From positions 9,786 to 73,785 of the forward strand of contig DATDRP010000006.1 of NCBI GenBank assembly GCA_035291665.1: DNA of 64,000 bases. The letters run 5' to 3'. The position numbers and the translations under genes were made by a program. This stretch comes from Patescibacteria group bacterium (GTDB taxonomy: Bacteria > Patescibacteriota > Microgenomatia > UBA8517). Below the pieces are notes generated by a model that was not told the origin of the DNA, did no database searches, and worked only from the letters and a program-made list of their open reading frames with translations. How positions within the stretch are numbered: position 1 is the stretch's first letter; every line of letters starts with the position of its first letter. Positions 28,690-38,217 of this stretch are shown here, in pieces.

Positions 28690-29373
28690 ATGAAGAAAGT
28701 AGTTTTAATATCCGGCGGTAGCGATGGACTTGGAAAGGCTATTGCGCAAAATTTAACCCATGAATATAGGGTTGTGATTTTGTCTCCGACCGAAGAAAAA
28801 TTAAAAAAAGTTGCGGGTGAAATCGGAGTTGATTATATTGTTGCCGATGTAACAGACTACGAAAGTCTGGAAAAAGCGGTAAAAAGGGTTGTCGACAAAT
28901 TTAAAAGGATAGATTGTCTAGTCAACAATGCCGGGCTTTGGATTCAGGGAGAGCTTGTTGATAACAACTCCGAAGACATACGGAAGGTTATTAATGTAAA
29001 CACGCTAGGAGCGGTTTATTTTTCAAAAGCCGTTATTCCTCAAATGAAAAAACAAAAAAACGGATTAATTATAAATATAAATTCACAAGCCGGTTTGTAT
29101 GCAAAGCAGGAAAGAGCGGTTTATAATGCGACGAAATGGGGGATGACGGGTTTCACCAAAGCCCTGCAGGAAGAAGTTGCAAAATATGGGATATCGGTTA
29201 CCGGAATTCATCCGGGGAAAATGAATACGAAAATGTTTGAGAAAATGGGAATACAAAAGGATATGGGAGATGCAATTGATCCAAAAGAGGTGGCAAGAAT
29301 TGTAAGGTTCTTATTGGAAACACCTGGGGGTATTAACTTCCCTGAAATTGGGATTAAGAGTTTGGATTATTAA
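28690..29373 (+). CDS. Short-chain dehydrogenase/reductase (SDR)
   Basis: SGGSDGLG, LVNNAG, YNATK. Confidence 0.93.
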   Translation: MKKVVLISGGSDGLGKAIAQNLTHEYRVVILSPTEEKLKKVAGEIGVDYIVADVTDYESLEKAVKRVVDKFKRIDCLVNNAGLWIQGELVDNNSEDIRKVINVNTLGAVYFSKAVIPQMKKQKNGLIININSQAGLYAKQERAVYNATKWGMTGFTKALQEEVAKYGISVTGIHPGKMNTKMFEKMGIQKDMGDAIDPKEVARIVRFLLETPGGINFPEIGIKSLDY

Positions 29374-29527
29374 GAATAATTTTTCCTCCTAAGCGGTTAC
29401 TCTCAGTATGGAACAGTTAAGTTGACTTCAATAAAAAGTTCTGTTATTTTTCACTTACAACGGGAGAGAGAATTTAGTGAAAAAAAGAAACGAAAAAATC
29501 ATTAATATATTTAGAGCATGAATCAAA

Positions 29528-30457
29528 ATGAGCGTTGATCGTTTATCTAACCAATATATAAACCTCCCCAAGTACGAGATCGAAAATTTAGATAATAAAA
29601 TTTTACCTTCATATCTGCATTTGGAAAACGGTCATTTCAGGTTTGACCAGGCACAAGTAATCGAGGGAGGAACAGGAGAGTACGATACAGTATGGGATTT
29701 TGGCAATAGCAGGAATGATTTGAGACAGGAAGTTCCCCGAGCAGAAAGGATTAGGGTAAATGTTAGATCCGATATCAGATTCTTAGGTTTTGCAGACCCT
29801 GCAATAAAATACAGAATGGATGCAATTACTCGAATTGCAAATGACCCTCAAAAATCATTTGAAAATCCGGACGATAGGGTTGAGTATCGAAGCCATTTGG
29901 GAGAAGTTTATGAAAGTCTTGCTCGGGTAGTAAGACACAAGCTTCTTGGGGGTAAAGCTTTGTTTTTCGCTCCCAAAAACGGCGGTATTTTCGTTCGGGA
30001 TGTTTTTACCAAGGAAGGGATTCCAAACGAAGATTTTTATGACTATCGCATGAGTAGAGTTCTTGTGGCAGATAATCATGGCGAACCGCACATGAATGTG
30101 GCTGCAAAATTTGGACCCACTAACCCCAATATTACTGATTACAGAAATTTTGTCTTTTCAGATGACTGCTTGGCAAGTGATACAAGTTGTTTCGCAACAC
30201 TTGATTTTATTGCAACTCAATTGAGGAGAAAGAATATAGATCCTTTTGGCACCAGGGTGATAATTTCGGTCAGCGCGGCATCACAAAGGGGATTGGAATC
30301 GCTCCTGTCAAAGGAGGTCAGGAATAAATTTGATTTCAGATCTATGGAAGTTGTTGCGGCAGTACCCGTATATAAGATGACGGACGAATTTTATTTGCAG
30401 GAACTTGACGGTAGGTATAAGGTGGGGGACATGGGAAAATGGACGATCAGACCCTAG
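29528..30457 (+). CDS. Divergent phosphoribosyltransferase (UPRTase-like)
   Basis: FVFSDDCLASDTS resembles a PRPP loop; ASQRGL and C-terminal VGDMG resemble UPRTase. Confidence 0.55.
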   Translation: MSVDRLSNQYINLPKYEIENLDNKILPSYLHLENGHFRFDQAQVIEGGTGEYDTVWDFGNSRNDLRQEVPRAERIRVNVRSDIRFLGFADPAIKYRMDAITRIANDPQKSFENPDDRVEYRSHLGEVYESLARVVRHKLLGGKALFFAPKNGGIFVRDVFTKEGIPNEDFYDYRMSRVLVADNHGEPHMNVAAKFGPTNPNITDYRNFVFSDDCLASDTSCFATLDFIATQLRRKNIDPFGTRVIISVSAASQRGLESLLSKEVRNKFDFRSMEVVAAVPVYKMTDEFYLQELDGRYKVGDMGKWTIRP

Positions 30458-30551
30458 ATAAAGATTTTGGCTCTAAGCAAATAAATCTCAGGTAGAGAAT
30501 TAATTAACTTCAGATAAAGCAACAACATTGAGGCTTGGTATAATCATTAAC

Positions 30552-31178
30552 ATGAATAGGACAATTTTGATGGCGACTGGGAATCCTCATAAAGCAGAAA
30601 GGTTCAAACACTATTTAACTCCGCTTGGTTTTTCAGTTATAACTTTTGCCGATTTAAAAGAAAAAGTAGAAGTGGTTGAAGATGGAATTACCCCTGAAGA
30701 AAATGCCCTTAAAAAAGCAAAAGCTGGATTTGAGGCAACAGGTAAACCATGTTTTGGAGTAGATTATTGGTTTTACATAAATGGTTTATCGCCCGGGAAA
30801 CAACCCGGACCACATGTGAGAAGAATTTTTGTTGGCGAGAGTGGTGAAAGAAATGAAGCAACAGATGATGAAATGCTTGATTATTATACAAATATAATTG
30901 AAGGCTTAGGTGGAAAGATAGGGGGTTTATGGAATTCCGCAATTGCTTTGATTACCAGTGCAGGAAAATCTCATACCGATTCTTTTACAAGGGAGACCAT
31001 CTTAACGTCAAAAAGAAGTCCGAAAATGACCGATGGGGAACCTTTGAATAGTATTCAAATAGACCCCCAAACAGGAAAATATTTTACTGATCTAACGAAA
31101 AATGAATGGTTGCTTCTTCAGCAAGGAAGGGAAAGAGGATATATAGATTTCTTTAGAAGGTACATCAATGAGATTTAA
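30552..31178 (+). CDS. Non-canonical purine NTP pyrophosphatase (Ham1/ITPase-like)
   Basis: ATGNPHK, EDGITPEENALKKA, PGPHVRR; TGGTATAAT 7 nt before ATG 30552. Confidence 0.82.
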   Translation: MNRTILMATGNPHKAERFKHYLTPLGFSVITFADLKEKVEVVEDGITPEENALKKAKAGFEATGKPCFGVDYWFYINGLSPGKQPGPHVRRIFVGESGERNEATDDEMLDYYTNIIEGLGGKIGGLWNSAIALITSAGKSHTDSFTRETILTSKRSPKMTDGEPLNSIQIDPQTGKYFTDLTKNEWLLLQQGRERGYIDFFRRYINEI

Positions 31179-31334
31179 TTATTGTTGGAAAAATGTTTTG
31201 TTAAACTTTCTTTAACTTCGATGATGCTTGTTGCGGTTGGCAGCTGGTTTTTTTCAAAAATTCAGCTTTGATATGATGGAGTACGAGAAAGGTAAGTATT
31301 TCAGTACGACTTCAGCTTGTTAAAAACAAGCTCA

Positions 31335-31490
31335 TTATACTTTGGAATATCTGTCCTTACTGTAAAAGTCATCCACCATTCCACCGTTTTTCAACAGCTC
31401 ATTGTAAGCTTTAAAATCTTCGGAAAATTTCTTAAGATTTTTTTTCGACTCTTTGTATATTATTTTGATTTCGTAAATTATATTTTTCAT
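31335..31490 (-). CDS. Small hypothetical protein (51 aa), not in ORF track
   Basis: MKNIIYEIK...DRYSKV; strong AAGGAGGTGA SD upstream; divergent from Crp/Fnr gene. Confidence 0.6.
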   Translation of the reverse strand: MKNIIYEIKIIYKESKKNLKKFSEDFKAYNELLKNGGMVDDFYSKDRYSKV

Positions 31491-31720
31491 AATGATTTAT
31501 ATCACCTCCTTTATAATTGTTAACTTTATCTGATCCAATAAAACCGGAGGATCCCTTCCGAATGCAAATCTCAAATGCTTGTTTGATAAGATAGAGAAAA
31601 ACATTACCCCGTATAAATAATACTAAGTTAACAAAGTAACGGATTCAGTAAGTTAAATGACGCCGATATGGTTGATTGACTAACAAAGAGTTTGTAATCA
31701 TACTAACACCAATAAGTACT

Positions 31721-32398
31721 ATGGATTTCTATTTTGACAAAGATTTAGATAAGTTATTTTCCGCCGGAGTAGAAGTTAAATATAAAAAAGGTGAAATCAT
31801 ACTCCGCGCCGAAGACGAACCTCAGGGTATTTATTATCTCAAAAAAGGATATGTCAAATTATATAATCTATCAATCGAAGGCAGAGAACAGATTATAAGC
31901 ATTTTTAAACCTCGTTCATACTTTCCGATTGCCTGGATTTTGGCAGAAGTGAAAAACACCTCTTACTATGAAGCCTTAACAGGTGTAAAGGTTTTAAAAG
32001 TTCCATCAAGTAAAGTCATAAAGTTTTTGGAAGACAATCCGAAATCTACAATGCTTTTAGCAAAAAGGTTGTCGTCGGGACTCAACGGTCTCGCCAAACT
32101 GATAAACATAATATTTTTGGCGTCAGCCAAACAGAGGGTTGCCTATGTTTTAGTTCAGTTTGCAGCGAGGTTCGGGGAGCATGTAAACGGAAAAAAGATA
32201 AAAATAATTCTACCTGTTACTCATCAGCTCATTTCAAACTATGCTGGACTGGTTCGGGAAACGGTCAGTCTCGAGATGGAGAGACTTAGAAAACAGAAAG
32301 TGATTGATTACTCTCGAAGTTCGGTAACAGTTATGGATTTATCCAAACTTCAGGGACTTTCACAGGCGGGTAGTGAAGCTGATGGGGTTGAAGTTTAA
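31721..32398 (+). CDS. Crp/Fnr family transcriptional regulator
   Basis: cNMP-binding YYLKKGYVKLY...EGREQI; HTH THQLISNYAGLVRETVS. Confidence 0.93.
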   Translation: MDFYFDKDLDKLFSAGVEVKYKKGEIILRAEDEPQGIYYLKKGYVKLYNLSIEGREQIISIFKPRSYFPIAWILAEVKNTSYYEALTGVKVLKVPSSKVIKFLEDNPKSTMLLAKRLSSGLNGLAKLINIIFLASAKQRVAYVLVQFAARFGEHVNGKKIKIILPVTHQLISNYAGLVRETVSLEMERLRKQKVIDYSRSSVTVMDLSKLQGLSQAGSEADGVEV

Positions 32399-32505
32399 TT
32401 CTTTTTCATAGGTTTTTTTGATTACTCCGAACGTGTGGTGGACCCGTTATTTTAAAAGTTTTACTGTATTGATTTGAACCTAAGCTGGTATAATTCCAAC
32501 TAGAA

Positions 32506-33087
32506 ATGTCGTTTAAAAAGCGGATTTTTAACAATACAGATATCCAGGCTAAGGATTTTGGCAATGAGAGGTTTGTGAACTGTAAATTCAAAAATCTGAA
32601 CTTCCGTTTCACTAATTTTACCGATTGTCAGTTTGTAAATTGTGATTTTTCAGGCAGTGTTTTTGAAATAACAACATTTACTGACTGTCGGTTTCCGGAA
32701 ACGAATGTTTCAAACATCGACTTTGGTGATATTGACCTCAAGAAATGTGATTTTACGGATTCATATGCTAAAAATTGTGTTTTCCACAAACTTAAAGGAG
32801 GTAAATTCGGTGAACGTAAGAAATGCAACCTTAAAGATTCAAATTTTGACAACACCAAACTTGACGGTTCTGTTTTTGCATGGTGTGATCTGAATTCTGT
32901 GAGTTTTAAAAAATCAAATCTGACGGAGGCTGTTTTTGAAAATTGCGATCTTGAAAATGCAAATTTCATCGGAGCCGATTTAACTTCGTGCGGATTTCGG
33001 AAATGCTATATCAAAAATACAAATTTGGACATCGAAGGCTTCATCAAAGTAGGGAATAGCAGAGGCTTCGTTCTGATGGACGAATAA
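32506..33087 (+). CDS. Pentapeptide repeat protein
   Basis: Tandem pentapeptides such as NCDFS, NCDLE, NANFI, GADLT. Confidence 0.9.
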   Translation: MSFKKRIFNNTDIQAKDFGNERFVNCKFKNLNFRFTNFTDCQFVNCDFSGSVFEITTFTDCRFPETNVSNIDFGDIDLKKCDFTDSYAKNCVFHKLKGGKFGERKKCNLKDSNFDNTKLDGSVFAWCDLNSVSFKKSNLTEAVFENCDLENANFIGADLTSCGFRKCYIKNTNLDIEGFIKVGNSRGFVLMDE

Positions 33088-33575
33088 TTACGAGGCTAAT
33101 TTTGCAGAAAGATACGTATTTACGGGGAATTTGCTAATTTTCGAAGCATTGAAACGAAGGAGTGGGGGAGGAAGAACAAAGATTATAAGAATTAAAGAAT
33201 TAAGGATTGGAAAAGAGAAATGAGGGGTGTTACAAAATTGTGGATAACTTTTATGATGTTAACGTCGCACAATATTGTTCACAGCGTGAAACATATAAAT
33301 TCCTAGGTATTATACTATAAGATCTTTTTTTATAAATCGGTGGGGAAGAGGATAAAACATTTAATTTAAAAATTAAGAATTAGGATTAAAGAATAGAAAA
33401 ACAAACTATAAATAAATTAAAAAATTGAAAATTCTTAAATTGTCTTAAAGCCCCTACTTCTTCGCCATCTGTTTCTATTTATGCTGAGTTTCTTGTCTGT
33501 AAGTTATAAAGACTTTGTGGTGGCCACGAAAAGTGGAAAATACATTCTTAGACTTAAACTTAGACTTGAGCTGAT

Positions 33576-35063
33576 TTACACCTTTTCAGTTACTCGATAT
33601 TCCAAATATTTTCCGAGCATCAATCTCGTGTGCGCGTCTAATCCCGGGAGCGCGGAAAGGAAAAAACCGGCCACTGGCATTAGGATATATTCAAACGGGA
33701 CCAGTATCGCCCGCCAAAGAGGAAAATCTTTGGGACGTTTTGGTTTGTAGATATTATCAAAAATAATCATTACCAATAGGAAAGCCAGTGACACCGTGAG
33801 AATAAACGATGAAAGCTTGGGGACCATGTATCCCAGCGTAGTTCTTCCAAACGCAGGATTGAGAATTGTCGGAAGAGTAAGCCCGACAGTGATGACGAAC
33901 CAGTTAACAGGCCACATAAAATGAGCCCAAACAACATTCATCAATCTCATGATTTTATTTGGAAAAGACACCTTCTTGGCGAGGAAGAAGTTTTTTATTA
34001 TCCATGGAATGTCGCTTACACCCCAAGCCCAGCGTTTATACTGTTCATATTGATTTTTCAACGTCTCTCGTAAAGTGTGAGATTGAGCAGCATCAGCAAA
34101 AAGCGGCAGGTATATTGGTTCAACTTCCACGTCTCCCCCTTTAGCAAAGAATGCTTTAAAAAATATACCCCAATCTTCAGGTATTTTGTCCGGATCCCAA
34201 TATCCGGCTTCGTCGAGAAGTTTTAAAGACAAACCGTAATTTTGCTGGTTAATCAGGCGGTCTTTTCTCGGGAGCTGGGACAAGTTCCAAATTGAACCCA
34301 ACGTATTGGGAACTCTTGTAATTGCCGGTATGTCCCAGATGTTGTTGTAAAACATTATTGCCGGCTGCCAAAAGAAATTATAGCGTTTGGGGTTATCAAG
34401 AAATTTGTAAGTCAGACAGGCAAAATGCTTTGGATGGTATACATGGTCTGCATCACAGCTTGTGATTGTGATGTAGTTTATGTCATTTCCCCTTATATCA
34501 ACCAATTCCTTCTTCACCCACATTGCGGCATATCTTTCGTTTGACGCTTTTCCGACCACCTCCCCCGGAATAAGTTCATGAACAGTAACGAATAGATTTT
34601 TAAATACTTTCCCGAATTTATCTTTTAAATACTTTACTTTTTCGAGTCGTTCTTTCTCGTCCTCTTTTTTCTCCATAGCAAGAACTACAGTAATTTGATT
34701 TTTAGGTAAAGTTTGGTTTTTTAAGGAATTTAATGTTCGCTCAAGTGTATGGAGAGGCTCTTTATAGGTGGTGATAACAACAATATTATTAACTTTTTCC
34801 CAGTCAGGAAAATGCTTTAGTTCTCCCTCCCAGTCAAATATCATCGAGGCTTGGATTCTCCAGTGAGAAATTGTCGAAGTGACAGCAATAGTCAGCGATT
34901 GGTAAAACCAATAGATGTTAAAACCCAATACAAAGTAGGCAACCAAATTAGGGACTAGAAATATTCCCCAATATGGAAAAAGAATTACATTCCAGGAAAA
35001 AAATCCGGGAAGAATTTCCAGAAGTCTTTGAATAATGTGTTCTTTTTTGGATTGCGGCTGCAT
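33576..35063 (-). CDS. Membrane glycosyltransferase family 2 (processive type)
   Basis: TTYKEP, GKASN, SCDAD, IPEDW, QYKRWAWG (QxxRW). Confidence 0.9.
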   Translation of the reverse strand: MQPQSKKEHIIQRLLEILPGFFSWNVILFPYWGIFLVPNLVAYFVLGFNIYWFYQSLTIAVTSTISHWRIQASMIFDWEGELKHFPDWEKVNNIVVITTYKEPLHTLERTLNSLKNQTLPKNQITVVLAMEKKEDEKERLEKVKYLKDKFGKVFKNLFVTVHELIPGEVVGKASNERYAAMWVKKELVDIRGNDINYITITSCDADHVYHPKHFACLTYKFLDNPKRYNFFWQPAIMFYNNIWDIPAITRVPNTLGSIWNLSQLPRKDRLINQQNYGLSLKLLDEAGYWDPDKIPEDWGIFFKAFFAKGGDVEVEPIYLPLFADAAQSHTLRETLKNQYEQYKRWAWGVSDIPWIIKNFFLAKKVSFPNKIMRLMNVVWAHFMWPVNWFVITVGLTLPTILNPAFGRTTLGYMVPKLSSFILTVSLAFLLVMIIFDNIYKPKRPKDFPLWRAILVPFEYILMPVAGFFLSALPGLDAHTRLMLGKYLEYRVTEKV

Positions 35064-35073
35064 AAAATATTAT

Positions 35074-36615
35074 TTACCCCAGTTTTGGAAAAAGAGGTTC
35101 TCCTTTAACGATCTTGGTACCGGGTTTAATGTTTGTCCAGCTGTCTTTGTAGTTGATATCGTTCAATAACAATTTTTCTATTTGAAGTCTTTTTGCAATT
35201 TTTTGAGCTGTTTGAGGAATAAAAATGTAGGTTTGCCACGCAAGTTGATGCAGGCTGTCAATTAGTCCGTAAATTGCCCAATTGAATTTGACGACATCTT
35301 TCTCAGCAAGTTTCCATATTTCATTTTCATTAATGTACTTATCAGCTTCAGATATGTATTTCCAAATTGAATTTATTGCTTCGTTGAAACGAAATTGCGG
35401 AACACTCCTATCGATGTCTGACCAGACTTTTTTCCAATTATGAATCGCGGTGTCTACTCTCAAAGGGTGATTATCGGGTGGTTGGTTAATTTCAGGAACT
35501 TTACCGTCGCAATATTTTTCAATTAATGCAGTGACTCGTGCGAATAAATTTCCAAGACCGTTTGCCAACTCTCCATTGTAGATATTTTCAAATTTTTCAA
35601 TTGTAAAATCACTGTCTTCAAAAGGGTGGATATTTGATAAAAGATAATATCTGACCGCATCTGTGCCGTTTCGTTGGACCAACTCATAAGGATCAACAGT
35701 ATTACCCAGACTTTTGCTGATTTTTTGTCCATTAGCCGTAATAAATCCATGAATGAAAATCTGTTTTGAATTCGGAAGACCGGCCGATAAAAGCATTGCC
35801 TGCCACATCGCCGATTGTTGACGGAGGTTGTCTTTTCCGGCAACTTGAAGTCCCGGCCAGAAGTCTGAAAACTTTTTTTGATCCTCCGGCCATCCGAGAG
35901 CGGATATGTAATTAATAAGAGCGTCAAACCAGACGTACATTACATGATCAGGATCGTTTGGCACTTCTATTCCCCAAGGCATTTTGCTTTTGAGTCTTGA
36001 GACTGAAAAATCGGATAGTCCTTCGGAAACAAACGACTTTATTTCATTAAACCGAAAGTCAGGAACCACAAAATCAGGGTGGGTATTGTAAAACTCCAGA
36101 AGCGGTTTTTGGTATTTTGAGAATTTGAAGAAGTAATTTTCTTCACTTCTTATTTCCAAATTCTGAGTTGGGTGAAGCGGGCATTTTCCTTCAACAAGTT
36201 CAGACTCCGTTTTTTCAAGCTCGCAGCCGACACAATACTTGACTTCATATTTGTCTTTATAAATATCGCCGTTTTTATTGCATCGATTCCAAAACTCCTG
36301 AGCAGCTTTGATGTGATGGGGATCGGTTGTCCTAATAAAATTGTTATAGTCCAAGTTCAGAGCCGATTTAAGTTCGTCGAATTTTTTTGCATACTCGTCG
36401 CAGTAACTTTGCGGGTCTTTTCCCTGCTCAACAGCTTTTTTATAAATCTTTTGACCATGTTCATCGGTTCCGAAATTGAAAAACACATTCTCCCCCAATA
36501 GTTTACGGTACCTTGCGACCACATCAGCCTGAACAATTTCCAGTGCGAAACCGATATGCGGTTCTGCATTAACATACGGCAGAGTTGTTGTGATATAAAA
36601 ATTCTTCTTGTCCAT
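35074..36615 (-). CDS. metG: Methionine--tRNA ligase
   Basis: YVNAEPHIG, GTDEHG, YVWFDALINY, KISKSLGN. Confidence 0.97.
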   Translation of the reverse strand: MDKKNFYITTTLPYVNAEPHIGFALEIVQADVVARYRKLLGENVFFNFGTDEHGQKIYKKAVEQGKDPQSYCDEYAKKFDELKSALNLDYNNFIRTTDPHHIKAAQEFWNRCNKNGDIYKDKYEVKYCVGCELEKTESELVEGKCPLHPTQNLEIRSEENYFFKFSKYQKPLLEFYNTHPDFVVPDFRFNEIKSFVSEGLSDFSVSRLKSKMPWGIEVPNDPDHVMYVWFDALINYISALGWPEDQKKFSDFWPGLQVAGKDNLRQQSAMWQAMLLSAGLPNSKQIFIHGFITANGQKISKSLGNTVDPYELVQRNGTDAVRYYLLSNIHPFEDSDFTIEKFENIYNGELANGLGNLFARVTALIEKYCDGKVPEINQPPDNHPLRVDTAIHNWKKVWSDIDRSVPQFRFNEAINSIWKYISEADKYINENEIWKLAEKDVVKFNWAIYGLIDSLHQLAWQTYIFIPQTAQKIAKRLQIEKLLLNDINYKDSWTNIKPGTKIVKGEPLFPKLG

Positions 36616-36630
36616 GGACTATATTTTACT

Positions 36631-37728
36631 CTACTTCGTGGCTGAAGTGGTAATTATCTTGTGCTTACGGATCAGATAAAAAAGGATAATTACAGAAATA
36701 ATGTAGTGTGAAGATAAGATAGCGGTAAATATATTAATTTTTTCTTGATGCAAAAACGGGAATTCAATCCACCAAAAAAGATAAGCAGATATAAGAAAAA
36801 TCCTACCCGCAATAGACTTGCCAACCTTTTTGAATACTACGACAAAAACAGGAAATAGAGCAGCAAAATAGTGTTGCCATGCAATAGGCGAAAGGATTAT
36901 GGACGCCAGGATCCCCAGCAAAACATTCCCGGATTTATATATAAGAAATATGATTACCAGAAACAAGATGATATAAATTGATGTTGAGAACTCCCCCACC
37001 CCCAAAACATTTAGTCTTGCCGGAATCGATTGATTGTAATAATCCGTGCTTTCACTTTTTGAAATTTTTGGGAGCAAGTTATTCTGAATATTTCTGATGT
37101 AGTAAGAATAAAAAGAAGGTTTAACGACAGGAAACAAAATTACAATAAGAAAGACAGAAGTAATAACGGTTTTAAAAACCAATTTAATATTACTTTTTAC
37201 AAAAGATACTAAGGCGATAAGGTAATTAGTTTTTATAATTGTTGCTAAGCTAAGAATAATATTCAAATATTTATTTTTTGGATAACAGATTAATAAAGCT
37301 AGTAAGCATCCGATGACTAAATTCGGCTGTCCAATTTCGATTGAAAACCTGATTGGAAAGCTTGAGAAAAAAACCATAAACATTATTAAAAAAGCTAAAA
37401 GCCTATTTTTTGGAAATAATTTACTCGATAAGATAACCAGAGTTAATATACCGAATGATATGTTTATTATGCTAAAAACACTTCTGGCAATCGTTAGCGG
37501 TAGGAATGAAAAAGGATAAAAAAATATATATACTGATGGCGGACCGAGTGAAGTCATATAATTTACCGTATAAGGATTAACACCCAATTTGATGTCATTT
37601 GTAAGTCTAAAGTAAGTATCAAAATCCAATAGTGTATTTTTCCCTAACACAATTGGTAAAAAGTGTCTTAATTTTATAAGAAGTACGCTGTTAAGTACGA
37701 GAAGAGTCCAAAACAAAATCTTTTTCAT
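36631..37728 (-). CDS. GT87 (DUF2029)-like membrane glycosyltransferase
   Basis: DFDTYF, NPY, GQPN, NQSI, SPIAWQHY. Confidence 0.8.
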   Translation of the reverse strand: MKKILFWTLLVLNSVLLIKLRHFLPIVLGKNTLLDFDTYFRLTNDIKLGVNPYTVNYMTSLGPPSVYIFFYPFSFLPLTIARSVFSIINISFGILTLVILSSKLFPKNRLLAFLIMFMVFFSSFPIRFSIEIGQPNLVIGCLLALLICYPKNKYLNIILSLATIIKTNYLIALVSFVKSNIKLVFKTVITSVFLIVILFPVVKPSFYSYYIRNIQNNLLPKISKSESTDYYNQSIPARLNVLGVGEFSTSIYIILFLVIIFLIYKSGNVLLGILASIILSPIAWQHYFAALFPVFVVVFKKVGKSIAGRIFLISAYLFWWIEFPFLHQEKINIFTAILSSHYIISVIILFYLIRKHKIITTSATK

Positions 37729-37798
37729 GAATTAATTGTATTTTAAGTATATATAATCAAGCGGCTGCTTACTTGTTGTGAAGGTTCCGATATAGGGA

Positions 37799-38149
37799 TT
37801 ATTTAATAATTTTTTTTATTTTTTCAGCCCATTCTTCAGCCCATTGATCAACCCCGACTTTTAGGAGAGCGTTTCTAAAGCCTTTTTTAATCATCATCCC
37901 GGATACTGATGAGATTGTAGCACTCGACACTTTGATATTGGTCTTGATATTTTCGTATGACCGTTCATTTTTAAGATAGTATGCAATTGCCAGTCTTTTC
38001 ATGAAGGTATCATATTCAGATTCTGTAAAAAAATCGTGCAAAAATTCATCGGCTTCCTCTAAAGTTCTGATATCCGCAATTAATTGGGCAAAAGAAGAAT
38101 TCAGTTGCTTTGCCAATGTTGGATTAATTCTTTTACTGGACACTCTCAT
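37799..38149 (-). CDS. TrpR-like (YerC/YecD) protein
   Basis: DFFTESE...KRLAIA...SYENI...VSSATISSV. Confidence 0.85.
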   Translation of the reverse strand: MRVSSKRINPTLAKQLNSSFAQLIADIRTLEEADEFLHDFFTESEYDTFMKRLAIAYYLKNERSYENIKTNIKVSSATISSVSGMMIKKGFRNALLKVGVDQWAEEWAEKIKKIIK

Positions 38150-38217
38150 GTTTAATTAAATGAATTATGATACTTCATTTAATTTGCAGTATAACACTGT
38201 TTTGTTGAATTACAACT

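Larger units (their letters stand above)
24588..29406 (+). repeat. Dispersed inter-gene spacer family 2 (core catt[t/a]cctccgc..cttctg)
   Basis: Copies at 24588, 25509, 26211 (with 18-nt palindrome insert) and 29381; weaker at 26990 and 28618; mostly just after + strand stop codons. Confidence 0.6.

Noticed and set aside
16971-30520. Spacer repeats as a CRISPR array or classical integron attC sites
   Set aside because: The repeats are degenerate and separated by whole genes; no cas or intI gene, and no RYYYAAC...GTTRRRY long imperfect palindromes were found.
33239-33283. oriC
   Set aside because: Only one perfect DnaA box, no dnaA/dnaN nearby, genes converge rather than diverge, and a dif-like site in the window points to the terminus.
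33298-33325. Bacillus-type dif (aattcctagg...)
   Set aside because: The left arm is similar but the XerD arm is poor; the 15496 site is much better.
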